From assembly GCA_951406725.2 (NCBI GenBank), contig OX597822.1, positions 71,486,001-71,550,000 of the forward strand: a stretch of DNA of 64,000 nt, read 5' to 3'. Under the pieces are notes generated by a model. The model ran no database searches. It saw only the letters and a list, made by a program, of their open reading frames with translations, and was not told the DNA's origin. The position numbers and the translations under genes are program-made. This document shows positions 40,250 through 54,030 of this stretch, piece by piece (position 1 is the first letter of the stretch; the number at the start of each line of letters is the position of its first letter). The stretch is from Octopus vulgaris (Eukaryota).

Positions 40250-40474
40250 ATATTTGTGTGCGTGTGTCTGTGTTTGTCACCTACCATATCTCGACAACTG
40301 ATGTTGGTGCGTTTATGCCCCCCATAACTTAGCGGTTCAGCAAAAGAGACTGAAGAATAAGTGCTAGGCTTACAAAAGAATATGCCCCAGGGTCAATTTG
40401 TTTGACTAAAGGTAGTGCTCCAGCATGCCCACATCAAGTGACTGAAACAAGCAAAAGAATAAAGGAATAAAAGA

Positions 40475-40476
<2 letters not shown>
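40038..40476 (+). mobile_element. SINE A, full length
   Basis: Family similarity. Confidence 0.9.
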
Positions 40477-40511
<35 letters not shown>

Positions 40512-40513
<2 letters not shown>

Positions 40514-41062
40514 CAAGCAAAACGCTCCCTGTCCAATGGACGGTGCTGAGTTGTCAAACATTTAAACCAAATTTTCTCAAAACAACTTGTCTGACCGTCC
40601 CATAGGCTTCCCCTTTGAGAAACACTGATTTAACCTAAATTTGAGACACCAGGAAAAGAAGAAATAAAGATAGACTTTTTTTCTATTCCAAAGAAAAACG
40701 ATTTTATTCACACAAATATGCAACCGAAGAGTTTAAAGTATCAGTAATGATAAGGCTGTTGTCTGGGACAACACAAACATGGTTTAAACAGTACGCTTGG
40801 CAGGAAAGAAACATGCCTCTAAGCAGTACAAAAACAACAAAAAATGGAAGGTGCAGTTATGTACAGGTTGATGGAAGAAAAGCAGGACAAAAACAGCTTT
40901 ATCGATTGCATTCTCACCTGGAATCGATTTTTGTAATTTCTTCAAGACTTATACACGCCCTGATACTGTTGGTATCTACATATCAAATTTGAGCACAATC
41001 GGATGGAGGATGCCCGAGATCCTAGAAGACACACAGACAGACAGACAGAACTATTTTATATA
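40512..41062 (-). mobile_element. Non-autonomous Helitron-like element
   Basis: 5' tatataaaatag plus (CTGT)n and ccgattgtgctcaaatttg; 3' hairpin gtccattggac followed by a CTTG (CTAG-like) end; inserted in (TA)n. Confidence 0.6.
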
Positions 41063-41084
41063 ATATATATATATATATATGTGT

Positions 41085-42360
41085 AAATTAGAAAAAAACC
41101 ACCTTTTATCACTTCAACAATGAAAAAATTAAATTATACCATATAAAAAAAAAATACATCCTATAGAAAAAACATATAGCAATGATTAAGCAATGTGCAA
41201 AATAATAACTAAAATGTATGTTTGGTAAAATGACTACACGTGTTTCATGGCTAAATTTTATTTTGCACATTGCTTAATCATTGGTATATGTTTTTATCTT
41301 ATATTTTATTTTTTTCTCTAGGATATAATTTTTTTCTATATGGTATAATTTAATTATTTCATTGTTGAATTGATAAAAGGTGTTTTTTTCTAATTCATAT
41401 CATCATCATCATCATCATCATCATTTAACGTCCGCTTTCCATGCTAGCATGGGTTGGACGGTTCAACTGGGGTCTGGGGAGCCCGAAAGCTGCACCAGTC
41501 CAGTTAGATCTGGCAGTGTTTCTACAGCTGGATGCCCTTCCTAACGCCAACCACTCCGAGAGTGTAGTGGGTGATTTTATGTGCCACCGACACAGGTGCC
41601 AGACGAGGCTGGCAAACGGCCACGCTCGGATGGTGTTTTTTATGTGCCACCGACACAGGTGCCAGACGAGGCTGGCAGACGGCCACGCTCGGATGGTGTT
41701 TTTATGTGCCACCGACACAGGTGCCAGATGAGGCTGGCAAACGGCCACGATCGGATGGTGTTTGTTACGTGCCCACAGCACGGAGGCCAGTCGATGGGGT
41801 ACTGGCTACGGCCACGTTCGGATAGTTTTCTTGTGTGCCACGTGCCACCGGCACTGGTACCACAAAGATACAAATTCCATTGATGTTCATCTATTTTGAT
41901 TTGTTTTGATTTTCACTTGCCTCAACAGGTCTTCGGTCTTCACAAGTGTCACAAGAAGGAAGGTATGCACAGGTGGACTGACTACGTCCCAGGTAGGGGC
42001 CACAGGTTATGGCCTGACTAGTCTTGCCGTGTCTTCGGATGGTGTTTTTATGTGCCACCGACACAGGTGCCAGATGAGGCTGGCGAACGGCCACGATCGG
42101 ATGGTGTTTGTTACGTGCCCACAGCACGGAGGCCAGTCGGTGCGGTACTGGCTACGGCCACGTTCGGATGGTTTTCTTGTGTGCCACCGGCACTGGTACC
42201 ACAAAGATACAATTCCATTAATGTTCATCTATTTTGATTTGTTTTGATTTGATTTGATTTGATTTATATATATATTATATTTTGTGAAATTTGATTTAGT
42301 ATTTCTAAATTGAATTTTTCCCTGTAAGTTTGGAATAATATTCCCTAATATTATTACTAT
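41085..42360. mobile_element. AT-rich foldback (PLE-like) interrupted by family C; sister copy 48030-48345
   Basis: About 41085-41200 is inverted to about 41265-41395; the continuation at 42270-42350 matches 48255-48340. Confidence 0.7.
41399..42263 (-). mobile_element. Family C element with tandem ~61-bp modules and a larger internal duplication
   Basis: gtgccaccgacacaggtgccaga modules; about 41690-41910 is repeated at about 42036-42250. Confidence 0.9.
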
Positions 42361-42873
42361 TATAATATATATATATATATATATAGGCACAGGAGTCGCT
42401 GTGTGCTAAGAAGCTTGCTTCCCAACCACATGGTTCCAAGTCCAGCCTCACTGCATGACACCTTCAGCAAGTGTCTTTACTATAGCCTTGGGCCTACTAA
42501 CTTTGTCATTATTAATTGGTGTTGAGGTCATAAATGAACACTTATGTTCTGATGGAAGATTTTAATTCAAGATTCTTGTAAACAAGATATTTGTACCACA
42601 AAGCCAGGAGCTGTCTCAGGGCAAGCTGGTATCAAAAGGGTGTAGGCGCAGTTACCTCCCCTGACAGTAACTGTCTAAACAGCTCGCCACTAGGTGACAC
42701 AGCATGTAATTCTGATGTTCCAGCACTTAGTCCTTCCTTTTTGTCATTGCGACAGCAGCATGCAAGGATGTGACTTCATTAGCTCTTGCATAAAGCACAC
42801 AACAGCTAATGGACATTGAGCTGCTATGACGCAGGATACACAGAAGCTGAACATGGCCTTTCACTTGTAAATA

Positions 42874-43285
42874 ACTCTTTTACTCTTTTACTCTTTTACT
42901 TGTTTCAGTCATTTGACTGTGGCCATGCTGGAGCACCACCTTTAGTCGAGCAAATCGACCCCAGGACTTATTCTTTGTAAGCCTAGTACTTATTCTATTA
43001 GTCTCTTTTGCCGAACTGCTAAGTTACGGGGACGTAAACACACCAGCATCAGTTGTTAAGTGATGTTGGGTGGGGGGGAGAAACACAGACACAAACATAC
43101 ACACACACACATACATATATACGATGGGCTTCTTTCAGTTTCCATCTACTAAATCCACTCACAAGGCTTTGGTTGGCCCGAGGCTATAGTAGAAGACACT
43201 TGCCCAAAGTGTCATGCAGTGGGACTGAACCCAGGACCATGTGGTTCGTAAGCAAGCTACTTACCACACTGCCATTCCTACGCCT
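42874..43285 (-). mobile_element. SINE A, full length
   Basis: Family similarity. Confidence 0.95.
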
Positions 43286-43786
43286 TTCGTAATTTATTCA
43301 ACTTGTATATATTTGTGACCTGGAGTAAAAACATTTAAAAGCTACAGCTTGGTTCTGTGGACATTCATTGTACAGTGGTCTTTCTTTGAATGACATCTTC
43401 TATTCCAGCTTTCTGAATGAAGTCATAAGATGGTTTCACCACGTGAGACCACAACCATCTAAAAGGGTTAAACTATGGAAATCAGATATATACACTCAAA
43501 ATTTCATTATCCTGAACTGCAGAAAGGATGTTTTATATACTAAACTATGTTTTGTTGAGGAAGTCATATCAGAAATTATTATTTGTTGTGATATGTCAAG
43601 TTTATTGAGGTAACATGACTTGTAGAAAATACCAATTCTATTTTTGGCAGATATTTAACATCATTACTGTAATAGCTTTGAAAAAAATTTAAGTTTGCAG
43701 TTAGGGAGACTGTCAGAATGATGTAGACGCCTCTGATGAGAGCCCAATAAGGTTCAAAAATTGATTAAAGCTATTCATCATTTTTG

Positions 43787-44200
43787 TAGGTACAGGAGTG
43801 GCTGTGTGGTAAGTAGCTTGCTTACCAACCACATGATTCCGGGTTCATTCCCACTGCATGGCACCTTGGGCAAGTGTCTTCTACTTTAGCCTCGGGCCGA
43901 CCAAAGCCTTGCGAGTGGATTTGGTAGATGGAAACTGAAAGAAGCCCATCGTATATATGTATATCTATATGCCTGTATGTGTATATGTTTGTGTGTCTGT
44001 TTGTCCCCCCAACATTGCTTGACAACTGATGCTGGTGTGTTGGTGTCCACATAACTTAGCTGTTCAGCAAAAGAAACCGATAGAATAAGTACTAGGCTTA
44101 CAAAGAATAAGTCTTGGGATCGATTTGCTCTACTAAAGGCAGTGCTCTAGCATGGCCCAGTCAAATGACTGAAACAGGTAAAAGAGTAAAAGAGTAAAAG
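43787..44200 (+). mobile_element. SINE A, full length
   Basis: Family similarity. Confidence 0.95.
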
Positions 44201-44379
44201 CGGGGGTTAAGTAACCAGGCTCAATTTGGACACATTCCACTTAGGAAATCATTTGTCAGACCAAACTGATCATGATTAATTGCCAATTTGTTAATTTTCA
44301 CTGAATACCAATGTCCCCTCTAATTGCATTTCCTTATTTTCGTTGATGAGCCCCACAAAATTATATATCTTTTATCTTT

Positions 44380-44770
44380 AACCTTTTGCTGGTTTCAGTT
44401 ATTAGATTGTGGCAATGCTGGAGCACTGCCTTGAAGGGATTTTAGTTGAACAAATCGATTCTAGTACTTACTTATTCTTAAGACTTGTACTTATTCTATC
44501 AATCTCTTTGCTGAACTGCTAAGTTACAGGGACACAAACAAACCAATGCTGGTTGTCCTGCAATGATAGGGGACAAACACAAACACAAAGACACACACGT
44601 ATGCTTGTGCACACATGCACATATAACAGACTTCTTTCAGTTTCTATTGACCAAATCCACTCACAAGGCTTTGGTCATCCCAGGGCTGTAATAGAAGAAA
44701 CTTGCCCAAGAGTCCACACAGTGGGACTGAATCCAGAACCCTGTGGTTGAAAAGCAAACTTCTTAACATA
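44380..44770 (-). mobile_element. SINE A, diverged copy
   Basis: Family similarity with many substitutions. Confidence 0.8.
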
Positions 44771-45199
44771 CATCAAAACCTACACCAGTGAATAATTACT
44801 TCAAATTTGAAAAATGTGTAATATTTAGATAGAATTATTAAATTAGTGAATTTTTAACAAAATACCAATAATTCAAGTTTTTGGTTTCTTTTTATTAAAT
44901 GTGATACAAATTTTTTCAATACATAAAAGATGATATTAGATCAATTATTAAAATTGTTTAATATAAATTTAGCATTAACACTATAAATTAAATAATTCCC
45001 AAATTACATAAACACAATCTTCTATTTAATTAAAATAAATAAGTAGAGTATATTTACATGTATAATATGTATGTAAAAACATCAAAAATATCTGCTTTTT
45101 ATTATAAATAATATGATATTGATTGCACTAAAAACTTCCTTTCCTGAATATATATTGCTGAAATTGGGGTGCATTGAATATTCGCATGTTCTTTTATGT

Positions 45200-45245
<46 letters not shown>

Positions 45246-45627
45246 GATGTTTTTCTTTCTCTCTCTTTTCTATCCTATCTCTTTTCAAAGAAAATATTTC
45301 TCCCACTGTTTACTATTTTCCTCTTGTTCTGGTCCATGTTTGTTTTTGTTCAGTTTCCTTGTATGTCTCCACTGCCCTGTTTTTGTTCCCAACTTTGACC
45401 CTCCATTAATCCCAAATTTTATTTTGGAATTTATGGGAGCAACTGTCTTCAAAGACTCATATTGTTGTTGAATACTTGAAATGAGGAGTAGATAGACAGC
45501 TAACAACTGACGAAGTGTTGTTCTCTGTTACTGTTTTCCATTTTTTCTCTCGTTCTTTGCATATTTAACGCATTTGTTTTCATACTTCATGTTGTTTACA
45601 CAGATGGTGATATCCTGTACCCACATA

Positions 45628-45669
<42 letters not shown>

Positions 45670-45673
<4 letters not shown>

Positions 45674-46595
45674 GTCATCTCATAAATTCTGTCTGAATTT
45701 TGAATAAAGAAAGCAATTGATCAAATGTTATATTTAATTGAAATTTAATCGTCAATGTACTTTCCCTGATTATCTATGACTTCCTTCCATCTATTTACAA
45801 CCTTTTTAATCCCATCAATGTAAAACTCTTTTGGTTTCAAAGCGAAAAACTCTGAAATGTCAGTTTCGACCTCCTCCTGGCTTGTGAAAGTTATGTTCCC
45901 CAAATGATTCTGTAAACTACGAAAGAAATGATAATCTGAAGGAACAAGGTTGGGAGAATAAGGTGGATGAGGAATTTTTTCCCAACCAAGCTCTTCGATC
46001 TCCTGTGATGGGATCTTTGCAGTGTGGGGTTGTGCATTGACCTGATGAAACATCACTCCTTTTCGATTCACTAAAGCGGGTCATTTTTATTTCAAAGCTT
46101 GGTTCAAATGCTCTAATTGCTGACAGTTGACTTGAGCATTGATTTTTGCGTTAGGTGGTAACAATTCAAAGTGAATTACTCCCTTGCAATACCACCAGAT
46201 AGAGAGAAGAACCATTTTTCCCATGAAGTTCCCTTCTCGGTTGTGTTTGAGCTTTTTCCCTTTTACCAAGCCACGGTTTATGACATTTAACATTTCAATA
46301 GAAGATTCATTTATCGTCATCAGTCACAAGTCTATCCAAAAAGGGTGAAGTGAGTTTGCGAAAATGGAAAGAAGAGCAAATGTTAACTCAGGATTTGCTG
46401 TTGCTTTCAGACAATTCATGAGGCACCTATTTTCCAAGTTTAGGAACCTTTCCAAGTTGTTGAAGATGACGGTAAATAGTTGTACGGTTTGAACTAAGCT
46501 TTATTGCCAATTCTTCTTCAACTGATAATGCAGGATTTTCCTCAAGTAATGCTTCAAGGAGATTATCATCAAACTCAAATGGACGTCTTGATTTA
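45670..46595 (-). mobile_element. Mariner transposon remnant (transposase pseudogene plus 3' TIR)
   Basis: KMVLLSIWWYCKGVIHFELLP...; FHQVNAQPHTA...PHPPYSPNLVPSDYHFFRSLQNHL; TIR-like end at (TA)n, 45670. Confidence 0.92.
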
Positions 46596-46752
46596 TGGAA
46601 ATTATCTCTGTTTCTAGAGAAACTAGAATAAGCAAATGAGAAATGGAGATAATCTCAAGAATTCATCATCCTCATCATCATCCTCATCATCATCATCATC
46701 ATCATCACTTAACATCCGGTATTCATTGGATGGTTTGACTGGAGCTGACCAG

Positions 46753-47006
46753 AAGATGGAAACTGAAAGAAGCCCATCGTATATATGTGCGTGTGTGTTT
46801 GTGTGTCTGTGTTTGTCTCCCCAACATAGCTTGACAACCGATGGTGGTGTGTTTACATCCCCGTAACTTAGCGGTTCGGCAAAGAGAGTGATAGAATAAG
46901 TACTAGGCTTCCAAAGAATAAGTCCTAGGGTCGATTTGCTTGACTAAAGGCGGTGCTCCAGCATGGCTGCAGTCAAATGACTGAAACAAGTAAAAGAGTA
47001 AAAGAA
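46753..47006 (+). mobile_element. SINE A, 5'-truncated
   Basis: Family similarity. Confidence 0.9.
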
Positions 47007-47393
47007 TATGTATATATATAAACATATATATAGGTTATAAAATGAGATAGGGGTTGAAAAATTCAACCCACCATGGGATAACATATATCCAATATACTGC
47101 TAGATAGGTACCCAACAAGACTAATACATAGATGTTAAAAATTGCCAAGCAATTAGTTCATCTATTGTATTATATGGGCAAAGGTAATAATATTACCGTA
47201 AATTAATACTACAAAATTAGAAAATGGAGAAACATACTTAAATCAATAAAACATCAACTATCAGATGATACCCAATCAATACTTTATTACACCATTACAT
47301 ATCAGTAAAGGCATTATACAAAATATAAAGTAAATATAAATAGACAAGGAAATAGAAATATAAAATATAAAATATAATATGTAATTATATCAT

Positions 47394-47505
47394 ATCTGAC
47401 AGCTGTTTCGGCAGTAAGGGCAGTCATACCTCATTTAACCTATAAGCCATAAAGGCAGGTATAAATGAGGCATTAACAAGGATGCCCCACGGCCTCTTCA
47501 GAGAA
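47394..47505 (-). ncRNA. Type I hammerhead ribozyme motif (canonical core, long stem II)
   Basis: tct CTGAAGA ggc...(atgcctcattta/taaatgaggtat)...gcc GAAA cagctg TC aga, within a PLE-like AT-rich remnant (about 47030-47990). Confidence 0.8.
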
Positions 47506-47987
47506 TTTAATTTGTTATAATTGTGAAAAAAATTATTTTTCCATATACATATAAATATAAAAATATAAAAATGTAAAATATAAAAACTTGTGCATAAACT
47601 CCATAATGCTACACATATATATAATACTCATTGGTACAATAATGCAAGGTAAACAAAACAAAATAAAACAAAATATATATCAGTGTATATATTAATATTA
47701 ATAAGCACAGTTATTATACATATTTTAGCTAATAGTTCTAAAAACTAACACATAGGGAGATGTATGTGCACTACTATTTAAATTAAAATCATCCCTATAC
47801 CTGAAAATAATAATAAAAAAACCATAGTTCAGTTCATAAAATTATAAACCTATAAAAGTCAATATAAATTACTATTAATATTAATAATAATAATAATAAT
47901 AATAGATACAGTTAAGTTAGCACCAAGTATATCCATTCAAAATCGAAATAACTATGAGTTTAGTTATCCTGTTCGCTTGATATTGAT

Positions 47988-48029
<42 letters not shown>

Positions 48030-48032
<3 letters not shown>

Positions 48033-48340
48033 TATTAGAAAAAAACCCACCTTTTATCAATTCAAATTGAATAATTAAATTACACCATGTAGAAAATTAT
48101 ATATAATAGAAAAGTTAAAATTAAAATAACAATTTAATTGTTATTTTAATTGTTATTTTAATTTTAACTTTTCTATTATATGTAATTTTCTACATGGTGT
48201 AATTTAATTATTCATTTTGAATTGATAAAAGGTGGTTTTTTTCTAATATTTAATATATATTATATTGTGTGGAATTTGATTTAGTATTTCTAAATTGAAT
48301 TCTTTTTCCTTGTAAGTTTGGATTTTATTCCCTCAAATAA

Positions 48341-48345
<5 letters not shown>
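48030..48345. mobile_element. AT-rich foldback (PLE-like terminal remnant)
   Basis: About 48030-48134 is inverted to about 48148-48251; flanked by (TA)n. Confidence 0.75.
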
Positions 48346-48383
<38 letters not shown>

Positions 48384-48467
48384 ATACACATGCACACACA
48401 TATATATATATATGTATTTCAGCTTTTCCTGTCCAAAGGATATCTTAACCCAATATTTACTGGCTAT

Positions 48468-48684
48468 AAGGCAGCAAGCTGGCAGAAACATTAGCACGCC
48501 AGGCAAAATGCATAGCGGTAATTTGTCTGTCTATATGTTCTGAGTTCAAATTCCACCGAGGTCGACTTTGCCTTTCATCCTTTCAGGGTTCATAAATTAA
48601 GTACCAGTTGCATACTGGGGTTATCTAATCGACTGGCCCTCTGCCCCAAAATTTCAGGCCTTGTGCCTAGAGTAGAAAAGAATA
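48468..48684 (+). mobile_element. SINE B, tail type 2
   Basis: Family similarity. Confidence 0.9.
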
Positions 48685-49099
48685 TTTTCTGGCTATAATT
48701 TATAGCTTTTTTTACTTTAAGTTCAATCATAAAAAGCTTATTATTTCAAGTTCTCTTGAAGTTTCTAAATTCATATGACAAACAATATATAATATCTATG
48801 TGAATGTGTGCACATGTATATGTGTGTAAGTGTGTGCATATGTGTGTATGCGAGTATGTGTGTGTGCATGTGCATGCTTCCGTGTGTGTGTGTGTTTCAG
48901 CAATAAATTTACATAACTCAAGAGTTGAAAGTTTTACACTTTGAGCTTAAGAGGCCTGCGTGCACATGTATACGTGTGTGTGTGACTGTGTGTGCAAGCA
49001 AGTATATGTGTAGTGCGTGTTTGTGTCCATATGTACATATATATGTATATATGCATGTATCATTTAAAAGATAGCAGCATATATATGTAAGCATGTATA

Positions 49100-49176
<77 letters not shown>

Positions 49177-49327
49177 GTAGATATATATATACATATACAT
49201 ATATATACACATATGTATATATATATATATATATATACATATATACATATATATATACATATGTGTATATATATGTATATGTATATATATATCTACATCT
49301 ATCTATCTGTATCTATATCTATATCTA

Positions 49328-49364
<37 letters not shown>

Positions 49365-49739
49365 AATTTTATTAGATGGTAGCGATAACTGCACATCTGT
49401 TTCCATTACAATTTATTACATTATTGCATTAGTTTCAACAGAGGATCCGGTCATTGAGTGGTTATGACCTGAAGGTTAACTGTTTAAGGACTGAGGCTCA
49501 CTATTTTGCTAATGATTATGTTGCTGAAGTTGCTAAGAGGCATTATCAGTCTTTATCTGATCATTAACATTATCATATCTAGGTTTGCTCTTATTTGTCT
49601 GTCTTTTTTTTTTCTTTTTTGTTACTTCGTTTTATTTAAATATTTATTGTGTTAGTAGTAAGAGAACATTAATGGAGTTTCTGAATTATTTATTATTGTA
49701 ACTTACCATCTTTCTGTCTGTTAATGAATTTAGCTTCAG

Positions 49740-49800
49740 ATCTATCTGTCTGTCTGTCTGTCTATCAATATATGTAAGCATGCACTCATCTATCTATCTT

Positions 49801-49871
<71 letters not shown>

Positions 49872-50043
49872 ATCTATCTATCTATCTATCTATCTATCCA
49901 TCCATCCGTCCGTCCATCCGTCCATCCGTCCGTCCATCCGTCCGTCCGTCCATCCGTTCATCCGTCTTTCTGTCTGTCTGTCTCTCTGTCTGTCTTTTGT
50001 CTGTCTGTCTATCAATATATGTAAGCATGCACTCATCTGTCTT

Positions 50044-50089
<46 letters not shown>

Positions 50090-50310
50090 CATCCATCCAT
50101 CCGTCCGTCCGTCCGTCAGTCCGTCCGTCCGTCCGTCCGTCTGTCCGTCCGTCCGTCCGTCCGTCCGTCCGTCCGTCCGTCCGTCCGTCCGTCCGTCCGT
50201 CCGTCCGTCCGTCCGTCTGTCCGTCCGTCCGTCCGTCTGTCTGTCTGTCTCTCTGTCTGTCTTTTGTCTGTCTGTCTATCAATATATATTAGCATGCACT
50301 CATCTGTCTT

Positions 50311-50347
<37 letters not shown>
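49740..50347. repeat. Higher-order tandem of compound (TATC)n/(CCGT)n/(TCTG)n blocks
   Basis: Unique linker tatcaatatatgtaagcatgcactcatct recurs three times. Confidence 0.9.
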
Positions 50348-50348
50348 T

Positions 50349-51388
50349 AGTGGCACCGCAAGTGTCGCGTTGCTCTCAAGCAACTCTGCTGTCTAGGACC
50401 AAACTTGTGCGACTTCATTACAACAAGGCGTTCTATAGAGGATTAGTGGAGGGGAGGTGCGACGACGTTCTTGGGCAGAATCTGGGCGTTGACGAGGAAC
50501 ACCTGACCCGCCTGTTCAGGACAACTTTCGGGCTGGGACCTATGGACAATCACCAAAGATCCCTGGCCTGGTAGTGCTATCGAGAAGCAATACCTGTTTG
50601 GGATAAGTTCTACAGGCACGGTTCGAGACACACTGGACTGACTTGCCTGAGATGCGGTCAGAGTGATAAAACCGTTCTGCACGCACTTGTGAAGTCTCCA
50701 ACCATTTCAGACCTGTGGGCTTATGCCAAACGGCTGCTGTCACGTGTGGGACGAGTCCGCCTGTTGACCAAGTCTATTGTGTAGATTGCTCCGCCCCCTT
50801 CCCTCCACCGGGAAGGCAAGGCAGTTTTCATCGTACTGGTGGCCATGGTGAAAGAATGTGTGTGGTGGACCTGAGCGAAAGGATTAGAGACAAACACTTA
50901 CCTCTCTGGCCAATCACTCATCAACTTTTTCAAGTACCACTTGAAAAGGAAGGTGAGAATGAAGAGGCAGGTTTTGTCTCGTGAAAGTTTCAAAAAAAGG
51001 TGGGTGAATGTAGCAAAGATGGTGCATGCGAGTGACGAAACCACTTTGAGCATGATCCTGTAAATCGTAAAAGAGAGAGAGAGAGAGCACTTTGTTCTCA
51101 TGTGTTTATTTCCTCCCTGACTGAGGTTACCGTGGTCTTTTCTGTAGGCTTTTCTTCCCATGGATGAACCTAATCTTGTTTCTTACTGTTAAAAAAATTT
51201 GTTTCTGTAATACACGATCCCTTTTGATCGCTTTTTTTTTCCTTTTTTTTTTCCCAGTCCCTTTTGATCGGAATCTTACATTTGTTTCCTTTTTTGTTTC
51301 CTTTTTCTTTTTCCATCTTCGAAAAGAAAAGCTCTACATTTGTATTTGTCCCCTCTGTATTTCAGCCCTGTGTGGCTAATAAAGAAAG
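50349..51388 (+). mobile_element. 5'-truncated Tx1/L1-clade LINE (ORF2 C-terminal zinc-binding region plus 3' UTR)
   Basis: SLAW*CYREAIPV...TCLRCGQSDKTVLHAL...LW, ends ...KRWVNVA...SMIL*; 3' UTR ends aataaagaaa; embedded in (TATC)n. Confidence 0.88.
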
Positions 51389-52445
51389 TTATCTATCTAT
51401 CTATCTATCCATTCATCTATCTATCTATCTACCTATCTAACTGCTTTTTTGTCTGTCTATCTGTCTGTTTGTCTGTGTGCCTTTCTACCTGCCTATCTGT
51501 CTATCTATTTATCTATTCAACCACCCATTATCCACCCGTTCATCCATCAATAGCCAGACATATCAATAAACTGAATGGCGAATCCGTCTCTCTGTCTTTC
51601 CATCTGTCCTACTTGTGTACCTGCCCATAAATCCAAGGCAAGAGAAATTAGACCCCAAGCTGTATAGCTGAACAGGACATGTTGCAACTGCCATGGTCAA
51701 GGCTATCAAAGATATCCATGGAGCCAGATGCTGGTGTCAAGCCAGGTTACTAAACCTTAAGAGCTGGAACAAATATTTGTAAGATATCTCAACTGGCATT
51801 CTAGTAACTCTGCCTGTCTATAGTTGATCAATTTTATTTTATTAACACTTAAAAGGACGAAAAGTTAAGTTGACCACGAAGAGATTTGAACCCAGAGTGC
51901 AGACAAGTCCAACAAAACATTTTGTCCAATACTCTAATGACTCAGCCAATTTGTATTTGTAGTTGCATGTGTGTGTTTGCATATGTGTGTGTGTGTGTGA
52001 CTAAGTGTTTATCTACATGTATGTGTGTGTATGTGCATGTCGGTGTATTCATGTATTTCTGTATGTATCTATGTAAATGTATGTCAGTGTGTATATTTGT
52101 GTGTGTGTGTGTAAGAAAGAGTGTCTATCTCTATGTATGTCTTAATTTGTTTCTGTGTGTTTGTATATATATATATATGTGTATATCTGTTTTTGTTTCT
52201 CTGTATATATGTTTGGGTGTGTGTTTGTGTGTTCGTGTGCGTGCGTGCATGCGTGTGTGTGTGTGCATCAGTGACTTCAGTATACTGAGCATTCTTGTAA
52301 ACCATTCTTGTATCTCTAAAAGATGCAACATTTTGTATTTCATGTTTTAAGAAAAACGACATCTGTATATCTGTCTTATTTATCTACCTGTCTATCTATG
52401 TATCTATCTCTCTGTCTATACCTCTTCTCTCTCTCTTTCGGTCAA

Positions 52446-52510
<65 letters not shown>

Positions 52511-52636
52511 CTTTCTATCTATCAAATATGTCAGTCTACCTCTGTTTACATATATTTGACTGAACGTATATTTGTTTATCTACATGTAAGTTAAAAATAC
52601 ATTCATGCAACCAGCCATGTATATACATATCAAGTA

Positions 52637-53040
52637 TTACACACACATACACACACACACACACACATACATACACTTACGGAAACACACAAACACACAC
52701 ACACACACAAATAAACAGACACACAAACACAAATACACAAACACACAAACACACACAAACACACAAATACACATGAACACACACACACAAGAACACATGC
52801 ACAAAGACAAACACACACACAAAAAGAAACACACACAGACACAAGCACAAACAAACAGACACACACAAACACAAACAAATACACACAAACACACACACAC
52901 AAACACACACACACAAATACACACACAAGCATACACACACAAACACAAACACACAAACATAAACACACAAACACACACAAACGCAAACGCACACATGCTC
53001 ACACAAACACACATGAACACACATACCCATGTACATACAT
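52637..53040. repeat. Degenerate (CA)n/(CAAACA)n tract
   Basis: Directly visible. Confidence 0.9.
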
Positions 53041-53385
53041 ATATTGTACATAATGTTTTACATTTACAAAACCATATTCTTTCCCAAGGGGGAGAAACTA
53101 AATCAACAAAAAACATCTGCGATAATGTCCAATTAGTAAGAAATATAATGTCTATCTCATAAAATAAAAACTTTAGCATTGCTAATGGTCTCAGCTTTTT
53201 GTAATTTGAAAATTACTCTAAAGGCAAATTTGTTTTCCGAGTAAATGGTAAACTTTGTAGACCTGTCAAACTCCTGTCAGGTTAGGAAATATAAATATAG
53301 AACTTCATAACAGTTTTTCTTATGTCCATTCTTTGTTAGCTCATAACTAGGGTGTCCAAGGCGTTAACATGCTGGACAAAATGCT

Positions 53386-53609
53386 TACTCTTTTACTCTT
53401 TTACTTGTTTCAGTCATTTGACTGCGGCCATGCTGGAGCACTGCCTTTAGTCGAGAAAATCGCCCCCAGGACTTATTCTTTGTAAGCCTAGTACTTATTC
53501 TATCAGTCTCTTTTGCCGAACTGCTAAGTTATGGGGATGTAAACACACCAGCATCGAGTGTCAAGCGATGTTGGGGGGACAAACACAGACACACAAACAT
53601 ATACACACG

Positions 53610-53649
<40 letters not shown>

Positions 53650-53816
53650 TACGACGGGCTTCTTTCAATATCCATCTACCAAATCCACTCACAAGGCTTT
53701 AGTCAGCCCGAGGCTATAGTAGAAGACATTTGCCCAAGGTGCCACACAGTGAGACTGAACTGGGAACTATGTAGTTGGTAAGCAAGTTACTTACCACACA
53801 GCCACTCCTATGCCTA
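53386..53816 (-). mobile_element. SINE A nested in a SINE B (about 53360-53975 +)
   Basis: B sequence ...aaaatgctta stops at the A tail and resumes at tagcaacatttcgtctgtc (53821). Confidence 0.9.
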
Positions 53817-54030
53817 CTGTTAGCAACATTTCGTCTGTCTTTATGTTGAGAGTTCAAATTTTGCTGAGGTTGACTTTGCCTTTCATCCTTTTTGGGGTTG
53901 ATAAAATAAATACCAGTTAAACATTGGGGGTTAATGCAATTGAATTCCTTAACGTTTTGGTCTTGTGCTAAAATCTGAAACTTTTATTAGTATTTTTTAA
54001 ATGTTATTATATCATTTATGCATGTGCATA

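Noticed and set aside
42540-43620. Possible ancient L1-like ORF2 remnant on the minus strand
   Set aside because: Only faint motif resemblance; cannot be supported without a profile search.
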